A DNA stretch of 38,542 nt from a virus (Duplodnaviria; Caudoviricetes): positions 1-38,542 of IMG/VR virus record IMGVR_UViG_3300011336_000137; one strand, written 5' to 3'. The notes beneath the pieces are model-generated. The model searched no databases. It was not told where the DNA came from and was given only the letters and a program-made list of their open reading frames with translations. Shown here in pieces: positions 1-7,051 of this stretch (its first letter is position 1; each line of letters opens with the position of its first letter). Made by a program: the position numbers and the translations under genes.

Positions 1-77
1 TGGTAATCTATGCGCGACTCCCACGAATTTGTGTCGGAAATTGCGCTGGAAATTAGTTCATCTGCGCTTGGGTACAT
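1..77 (-). CDS. hypothetical protein, partial (MYPSADELISSAISDTNSWESRIDY...)
   Basis: ATG directly follows the TAA of the upstream small ORF (TAAATG); frame is open to the window edge; read manually. Confidence 0.55.
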   Translation of the reverse strand, partial: MYPSADELISSAISDTNSWESRIDY

Positions 78-224
78 TTATTTAGCCTCTCTGATTTGGC
101 GACGAAGTTTATTGATTTGCTTCTCTAATACATACACTCTGCGAAATGCAAGGACTAGCACAACATTTACTGCGAATAGCGCGAGTGTTAAAGCAAACAC
201 ATCACTTGTTTGTAGGTACATCAT
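78..224 (-). CDS. small membrane protein, 48 aa (MMYLQTSDVFALTLALFAVNVVLVLAFRRVYVLEKQINKLRRQIREAK)
   Basis: AAGGAG RBS upstream; one hydrophobic helix then a basic coiled tail; read manually. Confidence 0.7.
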   Translation of the reverse strand: MMYLQTSDVFALTLALFAVNVVLVLAFRRVYVLEKQINKLRRQIREAK

Positions 225-238
225 TTACTCCTTCATAC

Positions 239-256
239 TGTCGGGCTAACCCGACA
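239..256. repeat. 18-bp palindromic repeat TGTCGGG-CTAA-CCCGACA, copy 1 of 7
   Basis: Exact match to copies at 687, 810 and 1682; near-exact at 36116, 37142 and 38030. Confidence 0.95.
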
Positions 257-357
257 TGATAACGATTTGTTATCACGCGCTCACCGCAGGACTCGCACCT
301 GCGTTACTACCTATCGTGAGCCACCAGCCTAGCGCATGCCCAAATCATGACTAGGCT
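257..357 (-). ncRNA. candidate structured 5' leader RNA with a tRNA-like acceptor/T-arm module
   Basis: Consecutive stems AGCCTAG/CTAGGCT, GCTCAC/GTGAGC enclosing CGCAGG-TGCGAGT-CCTGCG, and TGATAAC/GTTATCA, all downstream of the promoter at 375-403. Confidence 0.5.
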
Positions 358-374
358 ATCCGCTTAATACCTTA

Positions 375-403
375 ATTCTAGCATAGGGAAAACAATGGGT
401 CAA
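375..403 (-). promoter_or_regulatory. sigma70/SigA-type early promoter
   Basis: TTGACC-17 bp-TAGAAT with extended TGn -10. Confidence 0.75.
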
Positions 404-543
404 ACCTCACAATCATGTCCGTATGAGTATTCTTCACGCGTAAAAAGTTCTTTACACTCATAGCACTGGGTAAGTATTGTACTGTAATTGTATTCCAGCA
501 ATTCCCCTGAGTCAGTGCGTGCGTAATAAGTTTTTATGCTCAT
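400..543 (-). CDS. small putative Zn-binding protein, 47 aa (...CYECKELFTREEYSYGHDCEV)
   Basis: ATGA overlap with the upstream ORF; CxxC and HxC motifs; read manually. Confidence 0.6.
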   Translation of the reverse strand: MSIKTYYARTDSGELLEYNYSTILTQCYECKELFTREEYSYGHDCEV

Positions 544-671
544 ACTCTTGCAACACTATCTGCATCACGCATAGCTTTTACGCCACGCTCATACTTTTCT
601 TGCTCTGCTCGCTTCTCGTTCAGGATGTTAGTCTGAACTTCAAGGTGAGCGATTAACTGCTCTACATTCAT
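540..671 (-). CDS. small helical hypothetical protein, 43 aa (MNVEQLIAHLEVQTNILNEKRAEQEKYERG...)
   Basis: Downstream of the promoter at 748-776; ATGA coupling to the next ORF; read manually. Confidence 0.6.
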   Translation of the reverse strand: MNVEQLIAHLEVQTNILNEKRAEQEKYERGVKAMRDADSVARV

Positions 672-686
672 TTCATACTCACTCTC

Positions 687-704
687 TGTCGGGCTAACCC
701 GACA
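687..704. repeat. 18-bp palindromic repeat, copy 2
   Basis: TGTCGGGCTAACCCGACA exact. Confidence 0.95.
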
Positions 705-747
705 CTTGGGTTTTAATTAGCAAGCGGTACTGCCTGCCAATAACTTA

Positions 748-776
748 AGTATAGGGTACGGAAAACATCTGGTCAA
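748..776 (-). promoter_or_regulatory. sigma70/SigA-type early promoter
   Basis: TTGACC-17 bp-TATACT; spacer shares TGTTTTCC with the promoter at 375-403. Confidence 0.75.
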
Positions 777-809
777 GCACCCTAAAACCTTCGTGCCGTA
801 ATCATGCCC

Positions 810-827
810 TGTCGGGCTAACCCGACA
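810..827. repeat. 18-bp palindromic repeat, copy 3
   Basis: TGTCGGGCTAACCCGACA exact. Confidence 0.95.
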
Positions 828-916
828 AAGCACCGCGAATAAATAGCCGTCCGACCGAAAATCAAACCGCGCCCGACCGCCAATAAAAGTTTGTGTTGGT
901 TTGTGTCGGCCGAAAA

Positions 917-945
917 TCTCAGGATTTTCTCAGGAAACTCTCAGG
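917..945 (+). repeat. three TCTCAGG direct repeats, 11-bp period
   Basis: Starts at 917, 928 and 939. Confidence 0.9.
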
Positions 946-956
946 TAATTTTGGGT

Positions 957-991
957 AAAAAAAAAGACCCGACCTCTTTCGAGGTCGAGCC
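957..991 (-). terminator. intrinsic terminator
   Basis: GGCTCGACCTC-GAAA-GAGGTCGGGTC followed by T9, just after the stop of the 1005-1607 gene. Confidence 0.9.
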
Positions 992-1004
992 TTTTCTCTT
1001 TCGC

Positions 1005-1607
1005 TTATGCGGTCTGCATCTTGTATTCGAGGGTCGCATGGATTTCAGCGATTAGACCCTCATCTTCCGCGCTGACACTTACGAAATCGAGCGCGGTCAG
1101 ATAAGCGAGGATTTCTCTCAGCGTATTCTTAGGTGCTTTCGCCTCTTTCGCCTCTTTTGGTGTCGCTGACTTTTCATTTTTGGTCTTGCGCTCGCGGGAG
1201 ATTTCGGTCTCCAACGCCTCTAGGCTTGGCATCTGCTCACCGATACCCGCACCGAGCAATTTGTAAGAGGCGGTAGATGTTGAGAGTTGCTTGGCGAGAG
1301 GTAGGTCAGAAAATCCCGCGACCTTTTGGAGACTTAGCATTGTTGGGAGACCTTCGACATGGGAGACCTTCACGAAAGGACTTTCGAGCCCTGTCTGCTT
1401 GATTGCCTTTTGGATGTCGCGGATTGAGAGTTGAGACTTTTTCATTTCTCTAGCTAAATCGAGACATGCGCGGATTGCGCCTTGCTCGCTTGTTGTTGTC
1501 TGCACTACTAAATCGCTCCATGCTTTTTCGATTTTTGGTGCTGAAATTGTTACTGCTGAATTGTTAGTGCCCTGTACTGCTTTTTTTGCTGTTGTTGCTG
1601 TTGTCAT
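1005..1607 (-). CDS. hypothetical protein (~200 aa), monocistronic early gene
   Basis: Long ORF; start moved to MTTATTAKK because AAGGA RBS and a -10 element lie inside the annotated N-terminal extension; own terminator. Confidence 0.8.
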   Translation of the reverse strand: MTTATTAKKAVQGTNNSAVTISAPKIEKAWSDLVVQTTTSEQGAIRACLDLAREMKKSQLSIRDIQKAIKQTGLESPFVKVSHVEGLPTMLSLQKVAGFSDLPLAKQLSTSTASYKLLGAGIGEQMPSLEALETEISRERKTKNEKSATPKEAKEAKAPKNTLREILAYLTALDFVSVSAEDEGLIAEIHATLEYKMQTA

Positions 1608-1650
1608 TTTTTTTCCTTTTTTTGGGATGTCCGTTGTTGGACATAGGAAA

Positions 1651-1659
1651 ATTGTAGCA
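1651..1659 (-). promoter_or_regulatory. extended -10 promoter (TGCTACAAT)
   Basis: TTTTCCCATGCTACAAT resembles TTTTCCCTATGCTAGAAT of the 375-403 promoter; no clear -35. Confidence 0.55.
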
Positions 1660-1681
1660 TGGGAAAAGGAAATCTTGTACA

Positions 1682-1699
1682 TGTCGGGCTAACCCGACA
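1682..1699. repeat. 18-bp palindromic repeat, copy 4
   Basis: TGTCGGGCTAACCCGACA exact. Confidence 0.95.
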
Positions 1700-1736
1700 A
1701 GGGTCGAGGGTTTATCGATTTGTCGACAATTCCAAT

Positions 1737-1801
1737 TCTCAGGAAACTCTCAGGTTCCACCCTGGGTCAGCCTCTCAGCCGACTCTCAGGAAACTCTCAG
1801 G
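1737..1801 (+). repeat. TCTCAG(G/C) direct repeats, 11-bp period
   Basis: Starts at 1737, 1748, then 1773, 1784, 1795. Confidence 0.9.
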
Positions 1802-1814
1802 TTTGTGTTGAAAG

Positions 1815-1888
1815 TTATCCACAGGTTTATCCACAGGCTGTTGATAAGGTTGTGCATAACTATCCCCCCTTATCCCTAGTTATCCACA
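1815..1888. promoter_or_regulatory. DnaA-box cluster
   Basis: TTATCCACA at 1815, 1827 and 1880; reverse-strand one-mismatch boxes TTATCAACA (1839-1847) and TTATGCACA (1851-1859). Confidence 0.8.
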
Positions 1889-1908
1889 GGGCAGGGAGAT
1901 AGTCTCCC

Positions 1909-1948
1909 TCTCAGGAAATCCTCATTTAATTCTCAGGTAATTCTCAGC
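1909..1948 (+). repeat. TCTCAG direct repeats, 11-bp period
   Basis: Starts at 1909, (1920 degenerate), 1931 and 1942. Confidence 0.85.
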
Positions 1949-2332
1949 AAAGCCTTTGAGCGTTGTTACTGGTGAGTAACATTACTCATGAGTAGATAAT
2001 AGACTTATCTCCATGTAGATTTGTCGACAATTGTTTGAGGGTGGGTTGTTAAAAAACGTTGGACTGTACTCCTATAGTATCCCACAATAATTTTCTGTTA
2101 TATTTGGGGGCTATTTACGCTCAAAACTACTACTGTGAAAAATATATTCCCGAACTTTGTTCGGATTTACCTGTTTGAACAGGTTATCTATTATGTATAT
2201 AAATACATATTACGGAGTCGCTCCGTTTAAGACTCCGCTCCTCCTATAGTATATAATATATAAAATTATAATTATAGTGCCAGAGTTATGCCCGTTTAGC
2301 CCTACCGTTAAATAGGCGTTTTTAGGAGACCA

Positions 2333-4201
2333 ATGGGACGCAAGCCAGGAGTACAATCTGTACCCAAAGATGAGGCACAGGCCAAAGTACTAGCCCTACT
2401 AGAACAGGGTGCTACCATCACAGCGGCTATGGCAGCCGTCGGAAGACAAGACACAGCCTTCCGCCAATGGGTGATGAACGATGAAGATTTTAAGCAAAAG
2501 TCCGAGAAAGCCCGCCTTGCGGGTAAGGGTATCAAGGCTGACCTTGCAGAACTCAAGGATATCTCCTACCCCGACTTTTCACAGCAGTTCCTAGATACAA
2601 CCCTGTTTGACCACCAGTTGAACTGGCTGGACCTAATCGAGGGTCGTGAGCCAAGATGGCAACCTGCAGGTATGACCTACGAGCCAGGAGACCCCAAGCG
2701 TGTCCTGATTAACGTGCCACCCGAGCACGCCAAGTCAACCACCATTACAACCAACTATACGTTGTATACAATTGTGACCAACCCTAATGCGCGAGTTATC
2801 ATCGTGTCCAAGACCCAGGGTATGGCACGTAAGTTCTTGGGTGCGATTAAGACACGTCTTAGCCACCCAGCATATATGAAACTCCAGACAGCCTTTGGGC
2901 CAAATGGAGGCTATAAGGCAGATGCAACTCAATGGTCTGCTGACATGATATATTTAGGAACGGGACGAGACTCTGGCGAGAAGGACCCTACGGTACAAGC
3001 CCTAGGCTTTGGCTCACAGATTTACGGCGCACGCGCCGACCTGATTATCCTAGACGACGTTGTGATGAACTCAAATGCCCATGAATGGGAGAAGCAAATT
3101 GAATGGCTTCAGAAGGAAGTTATCACACGTCTGGGGCGGCACGGAAAACTATTAATTGTAGGAACCCGTGTCGCGCCCATAGATTTATATAAGATGATAC
3201 GCAGTGGCGACCAATGGACAGGTGGCAAGACCCCCTTTACCTATTGTGCTATGCCAGCCGTTCTAGAGTTTGATGAGAATCCTCAGAACTGGAAGACCCT
3301 GTGGCCTAAGACCAATATCCAGGAGAACGATTTAGATGAGCAGTTCGAAGACGGGCTATACCCCAAGTGGGATGGACCCTCGCTATTTAAGCGTCGCTCT
3401 GAGGTCGCTCCGTCTGTATGGGCTATGGTCTACCAGCAAGAAGATGTCCAATCAGATTCCATCTTCTCGCCAACAGCAGTTGCAGGATGTGTTAACGGTA
3501 TGCGAAAGCGCGGACCACTTAAGATTGGCGCACCAGGACACCCACGTAGCGGAAACTCAACCTACACAGTAATTGGTTTTGACCCTGCTGTATCTGGTCG
3601 TTCTGCTTTCGTAGCAGTAACTTACAACCGCGACGATGGACAGATTTACGTACTTGACTGTATTAACATGTCAGACCCTACACCTCAAAAAGAAAATGCT
3701 TTGATTCGTGAATGGGTAGAAAAGTTTCACCCGCAAGAGTTCCGTGTGGAAATTAACGCACACCAGAAGTACTACGCTATGGATACAGATTTGCGTAACT
3801 ACTTAGCATCCTATGGATGTCAATTGAACTCACACTTTACGGGCAAGAATAAGTGGGACACATCTTTTGGTGTGGCATCTATGGCTAGCCTTTTTGGTAC
3901 TATCCATGATGGACGTTACCAAGATAACGGGTTAATCGAACTACCAAGCAACGAAGGCTCTGAGGGACTTAAGTCTCTTGTACAGCAGTTGATTACTTGG
4001 AAGCCAGATACTAAGAACCCCACCGACTGTGTGATGGCGCTATGGTTTGCCATCATTCGTGTACGTGAACTAATGCAACAGTCTTCTGCGGTGGGTCAAT
4101 ATCAGACTAACCGCTGGGCTACCAGAAGTCAGAAGCAACAACGTATGTCATTGAACTTAGACGAAGCATTCGCTGAGCAATGGCAAGATACTTATAGTTA
4201 G
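2333..4201 (+). CDS. terL: terminase large subunit with N-terminal HTH-like extension
   Basis: Walker A-like PPEHAKST, Walker B LIILDD, motif III VGTR, nuclease IGFDPA and TDCVMA; directly upstream of portal. Confidence 0.92.
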   Translation: MGRKPGVQSVPKDEAQAKVLALLEQGATITAAMAAVGRQDTAFRQWVMNDEDFKQKSEKARLAGKGIKADLAELKDISYPDFSQQFLDTTLFDHQLNWLDLIEGREPRWQPAGMTYEPGDPKRVLINVPPEHAKSTTITTNYTLYTIVTNPNARVIIVSKTQGMARKFLGAIKTRLSHPAYMKLQTAFGPNGGYKADATQWSADMIYLGTGRDSGEKDPTVQALGFGSQIYGARADLIILDDVVMNSNAHEWEKQIEWLQKEVITRLGRHGKLLIVGTRVAPIDLYKMIRSGDQWTGGKTPFTYCAMPAVLEFDENPQNWKTLWPKTNIQENDLDEQFEDGLYPKWDGPSLFKRRSEVAPSVWAMVYQQEDVQSDSIFSPTAVAGCVNGMRKRGPLKIGAPGHPRSGNSTYTVIGFDPAVSGRSAFVAVTYNRDDGQIYVLDCINMSDPTPQKENALIREWVEKFHPQEFRVEINAHQKYYAMDTDLRNYLASYGCQLNSHFTGKNKWDTSFGVASMASLFGTIHDGRYQDNGLIELPSNEGSEGLKSLVQQLITWKPDTKNPTDCVMALWFAIIRVRELMQQSSAVGQYQTNRWATRSQKQQRMSLNLDEAFAEQWQDTYS

Positions 4202-4208
4202 GACAACA

Positions 4209-6002
4209 ATGGCATTATCAATGGAACAAGTTGCAGCGAGAGTTGAGAACCTTCGCTTTCGCAACGCTGAACGTGACGGTCGCAACCTTGACGTTCTTGC
4301 TGTTCGCAAGGGTAACATTGCATCTGTCTATCCTGATTTCTTTCCAGACGGAGTAGACGCTAACGTAGTTGCCAACTTTATCGACATTGTCGCACGCGAC
4401 TTGTCAGAAGTTATGGCTCCGCTTCCTGCGGTTAACTGCTCAGCGGCTAACTCTGTTTCTGATAGAGCACGTGGTTTTGCTGACCGACGCACACGTATTG
4501 CATCAAACTACTTTTCACATTCAGACCTTTCGGTACAGATGTACCAAGGTGCTGACTGGTACCTAACCTACGGTTTCCTCCCATTCTTTATTGAATTGGA
4601 TGAGGAAGCAAAGTTGCCGCGCATCCGCCTAGAAAACCCACTGGGTGCTTACCCAGAATTCGACCGCTACGGACGCTGCATTGCCTTTGCAAAACGCTAC
4701 ATGACTTCTTTGGCGGAGTTAGTTTCATTATTCCCTGAGTACGAATACTCCTTGCTAGGAGGCCACGGCTTCAAACAAGATTTGAACACTCAGATTGAAA
4801 TGATTCGTTACTTCGACAAAGACCAATCAATCATCTACATCCCTACAAAGAATAACTTAGTTCTTTCACATGCTAAGAATCCATTGGGTAAGATGATGGT
4901 TGTCGTAGCCCGTAAGCCATCTATTGATGATGAACTTCGTGGACAGTTTGACGACATCCTTGGAATTCAATTGCTGCGTAACCGCTTCGCGTTACTTGCG
5001 ATGGAAGCAGCAGAGAAGTCAGTACAAGCACCTATTGTACTCCCACAGGATGTACAGGAGTTGCAACTTGGTGGAGATGCGGTTATCCGTACCTCTAACC
5101 CAGCAGGTGTACGTCGTGTAGAACTTAACATTCCAGCAGGTGCATTCACAGAGCAAGGTTTGCTTAACCAAGAACTTCGTGTGGGTGCTCGTTATCCTGA
5201 ATCACGTACTGGTAATATCAGTGCATCAGTTGTCACAGGACAAGGCGTACAGGCTCTTATGGGAGCCTTTGATACACAGGTTAAGTCTGCTCAAGCAATC
5301 TTTGCATCTGCACTACGCGATGTAATTCAGATTTGCTTTCAAGTTGATGAGAAGATTTTCCCATCAGAAAAGACAATTCGCGGTGTAGACTCAGGCTCAC
5401 CTTATGAAATTACATATTCACCTAAGAAAGATATCAAGGGTGATTACTCAGCAGATGTTCGCTATGGTATGTTGGCTGGTCTCAACCCAGCACAGGGACT
5501 TATCTTCATGCTACAGGCACTTGGTGGTGGATTAATCTCCAAGGATATGGCTATGCGTGAACTTCCATTCACAGTTAACGTATCTCAAGAACAAGAAAAA
5601 ATTGAAATTGAAAAGATGCGCGATGCATTACTTGGAGCGCTTACAGCGTATACACAAGCAATTCCACAGATGGCTACAACTGGTGGAGACCCAAGCGCAG
5701 TAGTACGAAAGATTGCCGATGTTATTAAGGCACGCCAAAAGGGACAGGCACTTGAAGATGCAATCGAAGAAACATTTGCTCCAGAGCAACAAGTTCCTCC
5801 TGCTGGGGTCCCATCGGTTGAGCAACCGTCCCCTGTTCCCCCTGGTTCTCCAGTAGGAGGCTCTCCAGAAGGCGCACCAATGCCGCCAGAAGGAATGCCA
5901 CAAGGAGCACCACAAGCACCACCAAGTATTCAAAGTTTACTCTCTGGTCTATCTGGCGGAGGAACACCAACCGCATCGGTAAGAACAGTAACACGTAGAT
6001 AA
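4209..6002 (+). CDS. portal (head-tail connector) protein
   Basis: ~600 aa directly after terminase; helical core with Pro/Gln-rich C-terminal tail typical of podovirus portals. Confidence 0.8.
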   Translation: MALSMEQVAARVENLRFRNAERDGRNLDVLAVRKGNIASVYPDFFPDGVDANVVANFIDIVARDLSEVMAPLPAVNCSAANSVSDRARGFADRRTRIASNYFSHSDLSVQMYQGADWYLTYGFLPFFIELDEEAKLPRIRLENPLGAYPEFDRYGRCIAFAKRYMTSLAELVSLFPEYEYSLLGGHGFKQDLNTQIEMIRYFDKDQSIIYIPTKNNLVLSHAKNPLGKMMVVVARKPSIDDELRGQFDDILGIQLLRNRFALLAMEAAEKSVQAPIVLPQDVQELQLGGDAVIRTSNPAGVRRVELNIPAGAFTEQGLLNQELRVGARYPESRTGNISASVVTGQGVQALMGAFDTQVKSAQAIFASALRDVIQICFQVDEKIFPSEKTIRGVDSGSPYEITYSPKKDIKGDYSADVRYGMLAGLNPAQGLIFMLQALGGGLISKDMAMRELPFTVNVSQEQEKIEIEKMRDALLGALTAYTQAIPQMATTGGDPSAVVRKIADVIKARQKGQALEDAIEETFAPEQQVPPAGVPSVEQPSPVPPGSPVGGSPEGAPMPPEGMPQGAPQAPPSIQSLLSGLSGGGTPTASVRTVTRR

Positions 6003-6017
6003 CGAAAGTAGGGGACA

Positions 6018-6563
6018 ATGACAACAATTATTGGCGTGCAATTAGAGCACGGCTGTGTTATTGTCAGCGATAGTCGAATCGCAGCAAGTGGTAAAGTATA
6101 CACTCACCCTGATATGGTAAAGGCAGTTGAACGTGGAAGTTATCTTATTAGTGGTGCTGGTGACTATCGTGCTTTGCAAGTGGTACTCCATGGGTGGTCG
6201 CCTCCACTAGTTACTGTTAAAGCAAAAGCAAATCTTTATGATTTTATGATTAACAAAGTAGTGCCAGGATTAAAAACAGCACTTGTTGCTGCTGGTGTAG
6301 AACTTAATAAATCATCAGATAACTCAGATGATAAGTTTGAATTAAGTCTTTTGATAGCAGTTAATGGAACTATTTTTGAAATTGATTCAGACTTTGCAGT
6401 AGGAATGAATAGCACAGGATTTTATGGTATCGGTTCAGGTGGTGACTACGCAGTAGGCGCACTACATGCTGGTGCAAGTACATTAGATGCAATGAGAATT
6501 GCAGCAGTTAATAATAACGAGACGGCCCCGCCGTTTCATATTCTTGAACAAGAAACTAAGTAG
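6018..6563 (+). CDS. proteasome beta-subunit/HslV-like Ntn (threonine) peptidase
   Basis: N-terminal (M)TTIIGV, SDSR, conserved Lys, GAGD and IGSGGDYAVGAL. Confidence 0.85.
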   Translation: MTTIIGVQLEHGCVIVSDSRIAASGKVYTHPDMVKAVERGSYLISGAGDYRALQVVLHGWSPPLVTVKAKANLYDFMINKVVPGLKTALVAAGVELNKSSDNSDDKFELSLLIAVNGTIFEIDSDFAVGMNSTGFYGIGSGGDYAVGALHAGASTLDAMRIAAVNNNETAPPFHILEQETK

Positions 6564-6571
6564 GAGGAATA

Positions 6572-7051
6572 ATGGTCAGTGGAGGAATGCGCCCAAATGC
6601 GCCACAGAACAATCCTGCTAACATTAATGCTTTAGGTGGTAATGGTCAGAGCGGAAATGGAACACAGGCTCCCAAGTATATTCCTGGCATGAAGAGTTTA
6701 GGCTCAACAGGAACTGCAACTATGGCACAGCAAGAGAGTGCGCCATTGGCTGGCTCAACTCCTGCACCAAAGGCAACAGCGCCAACAGTATCGCGTACTA
6801 TGCCTATGGTAGAAGCGCGTCCATTGACTGCGCCATCTGATTTTCCTGAGGAAGATATTACAACAGGTGCTCCAATTGGTAACACACCAGGACCAGAAAC
6901 ACTAGCACTTCCAAAAGAAGAAGCAATTGTCAACGACCCTGATTTAGATTTAGTACGTGAGTATTTTCCAGTTATCGAACTATGGGCAGAGCAGGTAGAC
7001 ACTTCACAGGGTACTAAGGATTATGTAAATTACCTTAGGACCATTCTATGA
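6572..7051 (+). CDS. hypothetical virion-associated protein, Pro/Gly-rich
   Basis: AGGAGG RBS; ATGA coupling to the next gene. Confidence 0.7.
   Translation: MVSGGMRPNAPQNNPANINALGGNGQSGNGTQAPKYIPGMKSLGSTGTATMAQQESAPLAGSTPAPKATAPTVSRTMPMVEARPLTAPSDFPEEDITTGAPIGNTPGPETLALPKEEAIVNDPDLDLVREYFPVIELWAEQVDTSQGTKDYVNYLRTIL

Noticed and set aside
10-249. Plus-strand 79-aa ORF
   Set aside because: Antisense to two coupled minus-strand genes that have an RBS and an upstream promoter
279-321. Canonical tRNA gene
   Set aside because: Only 43 nt, with no anticodon arm, no D-stem and no CCA; reported as tRNA-like only
239-827. 18-bp repeats as a CRISPR or mini-CRISPR array (with the Cas4-like gene)
   Set aside because: Repeats are too short, spacing is irregular (448, 123, 872 bp), intervening DNA holds genes and promoters, and the nuclease is a standard phage exonuclease
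1720-1902. 60-aa ORF in the intergenic array
   Set aside because: Translation merely reflects the DNA repeats (YPQ = DnaA boxes); TTG start and no RBS
2150-2164. LexA/SOS box
   Set aside because: CGAAC-N3-GTTCG has a 3-bp spacer, while the actinobacterial SOS box needs N4; kept only as an unassigned palindrome
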